Assembly (NCBI GenBank): GCA_023205875.1
Contig: CP060764.1
Span: forward strand, 62,001 to 126,000
DNA length: 64,000 nt
Reading direction: 5' to 3'
Origin: Chloropicon primus
Taxonomy: Eukaryota
The notes beneath the pieces are model-generated. The model had not been told where the DNA came from, did no database searches, and saw nothing but the letters and a program-made list of their open reading frames with translations. Positions 33,391 to 43,429 of the stretch are shown here, piece by piece (position 1 is the stretch's first letter; each line of letters starts with the position of its first letter). A program made the translations under genes and the position numbers.

Positions 33391-35523
33391 TTAATGGATT
33401 TTCTCCTGCTTTACGCTCAAGACTTCCTCGACCTCGACCTCCTCGATCTCATACTGTTGGTCGGCCTCAACATATCCAGAAAGACCCAAGAGTCTCCTGT
33501 GCTCCGCCTCGATCGCGGCGAACGCCTTCCGCTTCTTGTCGAGGAACTCCTTCCAGTCGCTCTCCATCTTCTCCCGCTCGGCAATCTTCTCCTTGTCCGC
33601 CCGGCTCTTGAGGCTCTCGTCCTCTTCCTCGAACTTCTTGGAGAACTTCTTCAAGTTCTTCATCAACTCGGCCTCCTTCTCCTCCCCCAGCTCCACCTTC
33701 TGCCTTGGCCTCCACAAGAACTGGAAGAAGCGATCCCGGTTCACCTTGTAAAGCTGCTGGCCCAGGAAGGACCACACGATGTACCCGTTCTCCATCTGGT
33801 GCACAGAGGTGACAGAGGTAGCCACGTACCTTCCGGTGGGATCCCAATCCACGTTGGTGCACATGAAGTGCTCGTTGATTGCCATGGTGTCCATGTCATT
33901 GACGTTGAAGAACTCGAGCTGCCCGTTGAGGCCCTTGAGACCAGCGATGATGAGGAACTTTCCTTGCGGGGACCAGTGCAAAGAGGTGACCGGCCTTCCG
34001 TGAAGGGTTCCGAGGTGCTTGATCTGCTTGGAGTCCTTCATGGTGTAGAAGCTGACGTCGGGCCTCGCGCCGTCCCCGTGGACCACCGCGAACCTGTGGC
34101 CCTTTGGCTCCCAGGCGAAAGAGACAATCTTCTCCTGCTTGTTCTGCAACTCGAGAACCTCCATGGGGATGTTCCTCTCCTTCACCCTGAAGAACTCAAA
34201 GCCGTTGTAAGAGCTCTTCTTGGTCTTGGTGAACCTCGCGACCTGGAGGGCCAAGTAGCTTCCATCGGGGTGCCAGTGAACCGTCACGTCCTTCACGCTA
34301 AACAAGTTCTTTGACTTGACCTCCTCCCTGCTTGGAATTCTCACCAAAGAAACCCTCGCCGGCTGGTTGCCGCTGTTCGCCTCTCCTTGGTAGACGCACA
34401 TGAGAGCCTCCTTGGGCGACCAGTGGAAGTCGACAATGTTCTCCATCTGCAGGCTCTTCTTGTCCAAGAGGTTCATGTCTGGCGTCTCGTAGATGCTAAT
34501 CATAGTCTTCCCCGATTTGTTTCTCGCCAACCTAGCAAAGTACTTGTCGTCGTTGCCCTGGCACCACTTGAAGAGCGGCCACTGCAGCGCCCCCTCTCCC
34601 CCCTGGGGCCTGTTCTCCCCGCCGCTAACCATGAAGTCGTCGAGCTTCCCTTGGAAACTCCTCAGGGTCTGCCCCGATTTCAAGTCCGAGACGTTGAACA
34701 CGGCCATGGGTGCTTCCCTTGGGTTGGGGGACTCCTGGCTACTGTAACTCACCAGGTACTTCTCGCACGGGGAGAAGTCGATGAGCTGGACCTTGGAGTG
34801 ACCAAACCTCTGTATTCTCGAGAACTCTTCCCCACCCCACACCTGGGCACCTTGCCTGTGCACCGTCGCCAGCATGGTTCCGCAGGGAGACCACTGCACG
34901 TAAGACTCCGTCCAAAAGCTCCTCGAGTACACCTGTTCCGAAGTGCCGGTCTTCGGGTCGTTCCAGTGGATCTCCGTCATGTCCTGGTACCTCACCGCGA
35001 ACTGGTCCCTTCCCCTCGGGTCGAGCATGTATTCATACAAGTTGTCCTTCCTCACAAAGTCTTTCAGCTCGGGCTCCTTATACGACTCGGTGGTGGAGGA
35101 CAAGTCCTCCACCTCCTTGAGCAAATTCGTCTTGAACGTGTGGTTCTTGTCAAGCTTGTACCCATCCGCCTGCTGCCTCGCTATCTTGGCCTGATCCGGT
35201 GTCGCGAACTCGATGAAAGCAAAACCTTTCGTCTTCTTTGTGCTCTCGTCCACCGGCATGTACAACCCATCCTCGTGAACCTCGCCAATCTGGCCGAAGA
35301 TCTTCTTCAACACGTTCAGGAGCTTTTCGTACTTCTCCATCCCGACAACCGGCAAGTTATCCACGACGACGACGCAAGAGAATCCAGTGTCCCTCTGAAG
35401 TTCTTCCACGTTGAACTCCTCTTCGTCTTCGCTCGGCACGCCATAGTCATCGTTCTCGTCAGGAAGCTGCACCTCGTCTATGGTGAACCCATCCCAGGGC
35501 CAACCCGTCCTCACGTCCTCCAT
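33391..35523 (-). CDS. EIF3B: Translation initiation factor eIF3 subunit B
   Basis: N-terminal RRM (VVVDNLPVV, TKGFAFIEF) and beta-propeller motifs WTESYVQWSP, FAWEPKG, WDPTGRY, FLWRPR. Confidence 0.97.
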   Translation of the reverse strand: MEDVRTGWPWDGFTIDEVQLPDENDDYGVPSEDEEEFNVEELQRDTGFSCVVVVDNLPVVGMEKYEKLLNVLKKIFGQIGEVHEDGLYMPVDESTKKTKGFAFIEFATPDQAKIARQQADGYKLDKNHTFKTNLLKEVEDLSSTTESYKEPELKDFVRKDNLYEYMLDPRGRDQFAVRYQDMTEIHWNDPKTGTSEQVYSRSFWTESYVQWSPCGTMLATVHRQGAQVWGGEEFSRIQRFGHSKVQLIDFSPCEKYLVSYSSQESPNPREAPMAVFNVSDLKSGQTLRSFQGKLDDFMVSGGENRPQGGEGALQWPLFKWCQGNDDKYFARLARNKSGKTMISIYETPDMNLLDKKSLQMENIVDFHWSPKEALMCVYQGEANSGNQPARVSLVRIPSREEVKSKNLFSVKDVTVHWHPDGSYLALQVARFTKTKKSSYNGFEFFRVKERNIPMEVLELQNKQEKIVSFAWEPKGHRFAVVHGDGARPDVSFYTMKDSKQIKHLGTLHGRPVTSLHWSPQGKFLIIAGLKGLNGQLEFFNVNDMDTMAINEHFMCTNVDWDPTGRYVATSVTSVHQMENGYIVWSFLGQQLYKVNRDRFFQFLWRPRQKVELGEEKEAELMKNLKKFSKKFEEEDESLKSRADKEKIAEREKMESDWKEFLDKKRKAFAAIEAEHRRLLGLSGYVEADQQYEIEEVEVEEVLSVKQEKIH

Positions 35524-35544
35524 TCTCCTCGCCTCTCGCCTTTA

Positions 35545-35582
<38 letters not shown>

Positions 35583-36160
35583 TCGATCGCCCGCCGATCG
35601 CGAAAAACCTCGCTCCCCCCTCCGCTCAGCCGCCGCCGGTCGACCGACGATCCACGTTACTTGAACTGGAAATTGAAAATGAAACGCAAATTCCTTCAAT
35701 AACGTTATATATAGTCCATTTTGGAACAGGGAGGACGCGAGCGAGGCAGGGAGGCCTGCGGACGAGCGGGGTTCCCTTTCGTTGCCCAATAGGGATGACG
35801 GCCACGGCGCCCGTGACCGCCATGGTGTGTGAATTGCATTGCCGCAAGACACCGTCATTTTCATTGCCTTGGCATCGCACGGGATCGACACTTTGCTTGG
35901 TGGCCGGAGGGGGCACGCGTCCCATGGACACGATGGAGTGCGGGAGGGGGCGTTACGGAAGGGTTGGTGGTTGGTGACGGGTGGGATGGGTGTGTTCTCT
36001 TCCTCCTTGCCTTTCCAAAGAGCCTCTTTCAGGCAGAAGGCGTCATCACCTTCCCTGGCATCACTTTTGATCGGGTTACAAGGTTTGCTTAACTTAGGCG
36101 GCTTTGCTTGGAGTCTCCTTCTCACCCCCCGTCCTCCCCTCCCTGCTCGCACGCGGGCTG

Positions 36161-37243
36161 CTACTTGGGCACCCCCACCGTCGTCGTCGTGCCATCGGCG
36201 TCCTGCGCCGAGGAGGCGGTGGAGGGTCTGGAGGGCGGCAGGGACGAGAAAGGTTTGCTTCGCAGCTTCGCTTTCATTTTCGATATCTCTTGCGTGATCT
36301 CTTCCGAGTACTCCTGCGTGTTCAGCCGACGTATCCTGCAGCGCTCCTTCATGGCGTCCACCTTGTTGATCATCTCCGTCCTGGCGTGATGCATCAGGCC
36401 GTCCACGGCGGGCCGGAAGTTCACGTGGCTCGAAGGGGCAGCCCCCTGGTGCATGTTCTCGATGGTGTTCTTGATTCGCTCCACCTCGTTGCTGAGCTGG
36501 GTGTCTTCCCTCAGCAGGAGCTTGGCCTTTTCCATCTCGATCTCTCGCTCGATTTGCGCCTCGACCTCCATCTCTATCTTCCTCACCCGGTCGTTCTCGG
36601 CGGCTTCGCTCTCGTCGCCGTCGAGGACCCGCCTCCGGTCGGAGAAGGAGAAGAGCTTCGTGTCCTGGCCCAGGAGCACAGAGGACTTCACCCGTTTGCC
36701 ATCCACCTCGATCAAATTCGGAAGGGATTGGAGCCTCCCGAACATCTCCTCTTCGTCGCCCTCTTCTTCCGAGCACGGGTTGCCCTTCAGCATCAAAAAC
36801 TGCAGAGACCCCGGGAGCTCGCTCGCGGCGACCTCTCCTATCTGGTTGTGCGACACGTCCAGCACCCGCAAGCCTTGCAAGTCTTGGAGACCGGCCAAGG
36901 TCTCGATCTTGTTGTGGGACGCACAAAGAAACCGCAGAGCGGTGAGCCGACTGGAGAACTCTAGCGACTTGAGGCAGTTGTGCTGCAGGTAAAGGTTGGT
37001 GACTGCCTTGAACTCTGCAAGGGCTCCTTCTGCCACTACTCCTATCCGCTGTCTGTCCAAGTTCAGGTGTGATATCTGCGAGGCGTCGACATTCTCCACG
37101 TTCTGTCGACCCAAGATGACCTCAAGCGTCTCCGTCGTCAGCTCCACCTCCGCCTCGCTCGCGTCCTCCCCCTCTTCCACTTCTCCCACCACCTCTTCCA
37201 CTTCTTCCACTTCTCCCACCTCTTCCACTTGGAACTCAACCAT
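36161..37243 (-). CDS. Leucine-rich repeat protein, LRRC46-like
   Basis: SDS22-type LRRs (LNLDRQRI, LYLQHNCL, LRFLCASHNKI, LDVSHNQI, ELPGSLQFLMLKGNPC), LRR cap and a C-terminal coiled coil. Confidence 0.75.
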   Translation of the reverse strand: MVEFQVEEVGEVEEVEEVVGEVEEGEDASEAEVELTTETLEVILGRQNVENVDASQISHLNLDRQRIGVVAEGALAEFKAVTNLYLQHNCLKSLEFSSRLTALRFLCASHNKIETLAGLQDLQGLRVLDVSHNQIGEVAASELPGSLQFLMLKGNPCSEEEGDEEEMFGRLQSLPNLIEVDGKRVKSSVLLGQDTKLFSFSDRRRVLDGDESEAAENDRVRKIEMEVEAQIEREIEMEKAKLLLREDTQLSNEVERIKNTIENMHQGAAPSSHVNFRPAVDGLMHHARTEMINKVDAMKERCRIRRLNTQEYSEEITQEISKMKAKLRSKPFSSLPPSRPSTASSAQDADGTTTTVGVPK

Positions 37244-37728
37244 AACTCCTTCGGTGCGCGTCTTCCCAAGGTGCAATCTTTGGCGAGGTCCCTTCACCGC
37301 ATGAGATGCCTCCCGGCGTCCCTCGCCGTCTCCAACCGCCTGGGACCTTGCTCGCCCCTACTGGTCACCTCAACCACTTGACAGGCCTTGGGACAACAGC
37401 AGTAACCCACCCACCCAGGAGTGAGAGGAACCAAAGGAGCAGAAGACTTGGGTGAGACCTGGGCCAGAGGCAAGGGATGAGGCCAATGCAACCGATGGAG
37501 TGCGCTTCACGGAGCTTTGTGTAAAGGCACCCCTTCACTTCTTCGTTTCCTTCTCTCCTGCAAAGCTGTCGAGATGAAGGCCTTTGTGCTAATTTTCAAA
37601 TCGTCAGGTGCAGGGATCCCAAGGACAGGATCAGAGGGGAACAGGCCAGGGAGGCTTTGATGGACGGAAGGAAGGAGGGAAGGAAGAGGGAACAGACGTG
37701 TGGAGGATCGTTGATGCGAAAGTACGCA

Positions 37729-37746
37729 TCGAGATCTTTCGATTGA
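37729..37746 (+). promoter_or_regulatory. Candidate promoter motif TCGAGATCTTTCGATTGA
   Basis: About 65 bp upstream of the ATG at 37812; identical to 16705-16722. Confidence 0.5.
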
Positions 37747-37811
37747 GCAGTCACTTGCCTAGTTCCACGCGGGGAGGGATCCACTTTCAGGGCGGAGAGA
37801 TCAAGGAGAAG

Positions 37812-39008
37812 ATGGGTTGCAGATTTTCCAAGAGCGAGGACCAACCGAGGCCAGAGCAGAGGCCGTCTGAGGATGATGAGGAGAAGAGCAGCCTCACCAG
37901 TCGGACGGAGGGAGGAGTCACGAGTTCAACGACAGAGGAAGCCCGAGCCGGTCCAAGGGAAGATGTGCTCAAGGAACTTCTCACGCGAGTGGGTCTGCTT
38001 CAGTACTTGGAGGCTTTCAGAGCCTCGGGTTACGACGACGAGAGCGTTCTGGTTGATATTAGCGAGAAGGACATTGCAGAGATCGAGCATTTTGCCGGCG
38101 TAACGGTCCTTCCTGGCCACAGGAAGAAGATCATGTTAGCCGGAAAGAGGCTGGGAGGCTCTTGCGAGGAGGACTCTCTTCAGTCACCAAGGGGAGAGCG
38201 AACATCATCGCAAGGGAAAGGGCCCAGAGGTGACCAACCGATTGAGATGCTATCGAAAAGTGCGAGTGATGCCAGTGAGAAGAATGCCCTCTTCGTGACT
38301 TGCAGTCAAAAGTTTGAGACTACCGGGAACTCCACAAGGGAAGAGCTCGGCAAGGGGGAGAGCGATGCGAATGCTGCCGAAGTTTTCGACGCCATCGATT
38401 CCGTTCCCGCCGAACACGATGGCGGTGATGCCTCCGGAGACAGCTATCGCGCGGCCCTTACGATAGACTCGCAGGACGCGAGGATGTCAGCAGAGAGCAG
38501 CTTGACTTTCAGTCCCCGGTCCCCGTACAAAGTTCAAGTGAACTCTTTCAAACTCAGCGGGAGCAGAAGCATGGTGACACCGGGACCATCGGAGGGCTCA
38601 TCAGGGAAAGAGAACATCTCGCCAAGGAAGTTTGCCATTGAGCCACCTCCTCCTAGGGCCACATCAACCGAAGCAGAATCTAGAGAGACGACTGGCACGC
38701 CTTCACCCGCGTCGCCAGAACCGCCTTGCAGGAAGAAAGGCGTGATCTTTTCGCCGCCACGGGCGTCGATGCGATCGCACGAGCACACGATGAGAGCGAT
38801 CGAGGAGTCCGTGAAGAGCAAGGTCGCTTTCCTTTCGAGCACCATCGGGAGCTCGAAGAAAGTGAGCTGGGTCTCCGAGGCCGGGAGGAGCCAAAGAAGG
38901 AGAAGCAGAAAGGAGTTCGAGAACGTAGAAGACTCCGTCAGAGAGATCGAGTACGAGGTCAAGAAGAAAATAGCAGAGATTATTGATCGAAAGTGGAAAG
39001 ATTCTTGA
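37812..39008 (+). CDS. SAM-domain protein with an N-terminal myristoylation/palmitoylation motif
   Basis: Starts MGCRFSK; SAM-like LLTRVGLLQYLEAFRASGYDD...LPGHRKKIM; disordered Ser-rich remainder. Confidence 0.75.
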   Translation: MGCRFSKSEDQPRPEQRPSEDDEEKSSLTSRTEGGVTSSTTEEARAGPREDVLKELLTRVGLLQYLEAFRASGYDDESVLVDISEKDIAEIEHFAGVTVLPGHRKKIMLAGKRLGGSCEEDSLQSPRGERTSSQGKGPRGDQPIEMLSKSASDASEKNALFVTCSQKFETTGNSTREELGKGESDANAAEVFDAIDSVPAEHDGGDASGDSYRAALTIDSQDARMSAESSLTFSPRSPYKVQVNSFKLSGSRSMVTPGPSEGSSGKENISPRKFAIEPPPPRATSTEAESRETTGTPSPASPEPPCRKKGVIFSPPRASMRSHEHTMRAIEESVKSKVAFLSSTIGSSKKVSWVSEAGRSQRRRSRKEFENVEDSVREIEYEVKKKIAEIIDRKWKDS

Positions 39009-39052
39009 TCCTGGCAACTTGAGGAAGCGGAAGAGAAAACCATGATAAACGA

Positions 39053-39189
39053 TTAGAAATTTTTGGGAGGCTGGTCCCGTATGATTTCGATGTTCTCATC
39101 CCACCTCGTCCTCAAGTGAGTCTGAAGGCCACGGCGAAGAGGAGACTGACGCAGGACACCGTCGTGCTCGTTTGCCGTGGCGTCGTCAT
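39053..39189 (-). pseudogene. Internally deleted paralogue of the adjacent 39369-41144 gene
   Basis: The 5' part MTTPRQTSTTVSCVSLLFAVA matches the neighbour's MATQRQRRLAVSCLGLVLVVA. It is fused out of frame to LQTHLRTRWDENIEIIRDQPPKNF*, matching LQTHLRTELDENIVIMRDQPPK (61/66 nt identical to 39396-39461). Confidence 0.85.
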
Positions 39190-39294
39190 GATACCAGGCC
39201 TCGAGGTCACACTCCCCAGTGCTTCAACCAAGACCGACAACCCTCAAAGGGTTCCGCTCCGCTCCTCCAACCGACGGTAAACGTTTTCTTGGCA

Positions 39295-39330
<36 letters not shown>

Positions 39331-39368
39331 GAGAGTGGAGCATCGGGGAAGGGAGACGGAACTTTAAA

Positions 39369-41144
39369 TTAGAGAGACTTGTGCGTTAATGCTGATTTGG
39401 GAGGCTGGTCCCGCATGATTACGATGTTCTCATCCAACTCCGTCCTCAAGTGAGTCTGAAGCGCTTGCTCAAACGCGCGCTGGGTGTTCTTGTCCTTGAA
39501 ATTCTTCCGAAAACCGTCGCCGAGAGCCCGGGGCATGTAGGTCCACTTGACCTTCACCTCGTTCCTGCCGCTGCTCTCGAAGTCTCCAAAGATTTCCATC
39601 GTGGGCCCAAGCTCCGGTCCAGTCGTCTCGTACGCGAGGAAGAAGATGTCGTGCTGCATCATCGTGAAGAAGTCCGACTGGTCGTGGGTCCAGTTGTACC
39701 TCTCATCGATCCCGTTGAGGGCGACCACGGTGTAGTTGTCGCCCTTTTTGAAGGTCCAAGGCTTGCAATGCACCTCACCGGATCTGTCGTACCAGCTCGC
39801 CTTCCAGTCCTGCTGCCACGCTTGCCGATAGTCGGGAGACTTTGAGGTGCCATTCACGTACTCGAGCACCTTCTCCTCGTCGCTCGCAGACAGCCAGCAC
39901 CGTAGGGAATTTATTCCCTTCTCGCTCCCTCGGACTCTCTCAAACAGAGCTCGTGGGGGATCCTTCGGAGTCCACACCCAGTCCCACCTATCATCGAGCG
40001 GGCCGTTCTTCGTGGCGTTGTTGTCGTCGACTCGCCTTAGCAGATCCGTCGTCAGCCCGAGCTCCTCGGGAGAGGCAGCGAATGCCCAGAACGCTGTGAA
40101 GTAGCTCCTGTGCGCGTGGAACCAAGGCATCTGGTCCTCGGGGGAGACGATGACATTCCCATCGACGGGCCACTTTCCCGTGTTCCACCTCAGGCTCGGC
40201 CGCTTCGTCACGACGTTCGCGGCAAAGGGGTGGTAGTCGCCCTGCATGTGAAGCGCTGCCGCGCTGATCGGCTTGACTTGGCCCCTGGCGCTCCACTTGA
40301 AAGCGACTTCGCAGTAGAAAACCATCGGGTTCGGCTTGTTCGTCGCGTCGTTCCTTCTCACGTCATTGAGTATGAACGAGAGGGTCATCCAGTCCCGGAC
40401 GTCGTCGGTCGCGTTCGCGATGAAGGGAACGCCCTTCCCCTCGGGGTAACTGATGAGGTAGCAGCTCTCGCCCCCGTGCTCCTTGGAGCAGACGGCGTCG
40501 CCGTGGGACTCGAAAGCGTGGACCACGCCGGAGAAGCTCGCCATGATGTGGTGCGTGTGGATCGGCGGGAAGCCGGCGATGTCCCCGTTCTCGAGCACGG
40601 GCGCCATCATCTTCCCCGTGATGAACTTGGCCTTGTTCGGGTGCGGCAGGGGCTTGATGTTGACCTCGTGCCTGTCGTACCCCCCCACCCCAATGAGAGG
40701 TCCGATCCTGTGGATGAGCCAGCCCTCGGAGCCGTTCTCGGAGGTCTCCACCTCGCACGTCTGCAACGACAGGGCCCTCTTCTCCCGGCCCTCCATCTCG
40801 GCGAACATGTTGGGCTCGTACAAATAATCGACGTAGATGCCCTCCTTCTTCATGTCCAGAGTCGTCCACTTGCCCTGCCCGTCGCACTGCTCGTTCCTCC
40901 CCGACACGTACGCCTCCATCTTCCGCTCCCTCGCCGCTCCAGGAGTCGTCGTGCGGAAGGGCGCTTGCTCGAGGCTGTGGGCTCGGTAGTGGTCATGGCG
41001 GTGGCCCTCCCAGCGAACGCCCTCCCGGATGGTCTCGCCCCCCTCCGCGGGACCTTCCCTCTTCGTCAAGGCGAGGAGCAAGGCCACGACGAGGACCAGA
41101 CCCAAGCACGACACCGCCAACCTCCTTTGCCGCTGCGTCGCCAT
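39369..41144 (-). CDS. Uncharacterised signal-anchored protein with copper type II monooxygenase-like motifs
   Basis: 591 aa from the ATG at 41144; N-terminal hydrophobic anchor; PPIHTHH, YPEGKGVPF, WFHAHR, KKGDNYTVV, TMMQH. The gene is secure; the function is inferred. Confidence 0.6.
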   Translation of the reverse strand: MATQRQRRLAVSCLGLVLVVALLLALTKREGPAEGGETIREGVRWEGHRHDHYRAHSLEQAPFRTTTPGAARERKMEAYVSGRNEQCDGQGKWTTLDMKKEGIYVDYLYEPNMFAEMEGREKRALSLQTCEVETSENGSEGWLIHRIGPLIGVGGYDRHEVNIKPLPHPNKAKFITGKMMAPVLENGDIAGFPPIHTHHIMASFSGVVHAFESHGDAVCSKEHGGESCYLISYPEGKGVPFIANATDDVRDWMTLSFILNDVRRNDATNKPNPMVFYCEVAFKWSARGQVKPISAAALHMQGDYHPFAANVVTKRPSLRWNTGKWPVDGNVIVSPEDQMPWFHAHRSYFTAFWAFAASPEELGLTTDLLRRVDDNNATKNGPLDDRWDWVWTPKDPPRALFERVRGSEKGINSLRCWLSASDEEKVLEYVNGTSKSPDYRQAWQQDWKASWYDRSGEVHCKPWTFKKGDNYTVVALNGIDERYNWTHDQSDFFTMMQHDIFFLAYETTGPELGPTMEIFGDFESSGRNEVKVKWTYMPRALGDGFRKNFKDKNTQRAFEQALQTHLRTELDENIVIMRDQPPKSALTHKSL

Positions 41145-41598
41145 GATGTGCCCGTCCCCGTTACGCTCGCCAGCCAGTTCTAACGCTTCCCGCTCGCCAG
41201 CCAACCAGAGACCACAGCGGTGTAAAGTAATTTTTGGTCCCAAGGAGAGAGACCAACCAACCCTTGCAAGGGAAGGGAGGAGGAGCAAGGAAGCGAGGAG
41301 GAGGAGGGGGATTGGTGGTGCTGGTGGAAGGGGTGATGCCTTTCTCTCTTCTTCAATGACTTGATCGGCTCGGCTTTTCTCTCTTGCATCAGTCCAGGGA
41401 GGGAAAAGCCAAACCCTTGCAAGGGAAGGAGAGCGGCTTGGAGAAGGAAAGGGAAAGGTGTTCTTCTTCTTACTTGGGTCTGTCAACTCAACTCAACTAA
41501 AAGGGGAGGGGGTGGTGAACCAACCACACAACGGAATTTTATTGTTTAATGTGCCAACTTCCTCCGGTTTGCAGCAGGCACGACGAGTACTTCATTAA

Positions 41599-43359
41599 CT
41601 AGAGAAGCCCGGGGATGAACCTGTAGGGGACTTGGGCGCAGTAGGCGTCCCAGAACTTGCCGTACTTGGCCGCGCACCTTGCCTCGTCCCTGAACGCTCT
41701 GTCGAAGAGGAGGATGGTGAGGAAGATGACGTAGAACCACGGCATGATGTGGTCGAACCCCGCGGGGATGGTCCAGAACACGCTGCTGAGGATCTCCGGG
41801 ATGTAGTGAAAGTGCCTGGCGATGCCCCACCAGCCCGACAGCAGCAGCAGGGAGGTCTTGGTCTGGCCCTTTCCAGGCTTGTACTTGGCCGTGATGTACT
41901 TTGGCTCCTTGCCCCACACCTTGCACTTGCCTCCGGTGGCCCTGAAGATCTTCTTCTGCTCGTCCGCGGCCCAGTTGATGTAGATCATCAGGGTGCCCGC
42001 CCCCAGGATGGCCAGGGCCACGGGGTTGGGGAGGTTGATGGGGTGCTGCACCAGGTGGAGCGCGGGGGAGGTGTAGACGCTCGGGACCCAGACCAAGCAG
42101 CCCCAGCAGATGTAGAACCCTGCCCTGTCGTGGGCGATGTCCATGGTGCAGAAGTACCCGGTCTCCCACAGGAAGAACTTGAAGACGTAGATGTTGGTGA
42201 GCACGACGCAGATCAGCATGGAGTTCGAGACGCTTCCCGTGGCCTCCAGCTGCTTGGCCATGAAGCAGAGCGGCAAGACCGACCACCCCATCAGACCCAT
42301 CCTGCAGTTGGTCCACTGCTTGATGTCAAAGCTCTTTCCGATCCTTGGGTAGAGCTCCGTGCCCCAAAAGTAGTCGAACAGGAAGCTCCCGGTGGTCCCG
42401 GAGTCGGTGCTGCTGGGAAAGTTGCACCCCTTGACGGTGAGGAACAGGCAAAGGACCAGGGCAAAGATGTTCAAGGCGTTCAAAATCTCTCCGAACTGGT
42501 CGTAGACCCTGGCCGGGCTGAAGACCTCGTACCTCCATCCGAGGAAGAACGCGATGAGGGTCAGGAAGAAGCACTCCACCCCGTTCGCCTTGTACACGGG
42601 CCTGTTTCCCTTGGGGGAAACGGGGCCGATGAACTCCTTGCCGGGGACGGCCAACTGCAGGAAGGCCTGGAACGCGCCAAAGGCCGCGATGTAGGACGTC
42701 GCCTCCCACGAGACAGTGGGGAGGGATGCCGAGAAAGCTGGCCAATTGCTCGAGTCGGCCACTTGGAGACCAAAGCTGGTGACCGAGCCCTTGTGCTGGA
42801 CAAAGATGCTCCAGAGCGCCATGGTAAACGGCGGCGTGGTCACCAGGAGCAGCAGAGCGCCAAGGCTTCTGAGAAACCCTCCATCCTGGACTCCAGTCCC
42901 GGCACTGTCACTCCAACTCACGCTACCCTTCGAAGCCGTCGTCTGCTTCCACCGCCATTCAACAATATTTGAAAAAACGTTCACAAGTTTTGGATGAGTT
43001 TGTGAGAAAAAACCAAGTCACAGCACAAGAGAGAAAGAGGAAGGTCTCCATCCGGTCTGGACGGGACGAGGAGCAACACCAATCCCCGGCGCTACGGGCG
43101 TCACCGGTGTCGAAGACTAGCGATCCCAATGCACACGTGGCCTTGGCCCTGATGAGATCCCCTCTCTCTCTCTCTTAAAATCCTGAAATTCTTTTCTTGT
43201 TTTTCTTTCTCTTCTTGTCCTCAAGATGATCCCGCTTACCTTCCTCTTGGCGGGCGTCTTCCTTGGCGTCCTCTTGGGCTGAGGTGATGGACTCCTCGCC
43301 CTCGACGACTTCCTCGTCGTCTTGGCCATGCCCATGCTCTGTCTCCTCGTGGTCACCAT
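41599..43359 (-). CDS. DWF5: Sterol delta-7 reductase (7-dehydrocholesterol reductase); 2 exons
   Basis: Exon 1 43359-43240, intron 42943-43239 (phase 0), exon 2 42942-41599. Motifs YFWGTELYPR, MDIAHDRAGFY, LLLSGWWGIARH, RDEARCAAKYG. Confidence 0.93.
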
Positions 43360-43429
43360 CTTTGAGAGAGAGAGAGAGAGATCCAAACAGCAAGTCAGTC
43401 ATCCCTTGGACATTCGTTTCGAGCGGGGC

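Noticed and set aside
35511..36926. 471-aa alternative-frame ORF overlapping the LRR gene
   Set aside because: Non-ATG start, Arg/Gly-rich frameshift-like composition, and it crosses the eIF3b promoter.
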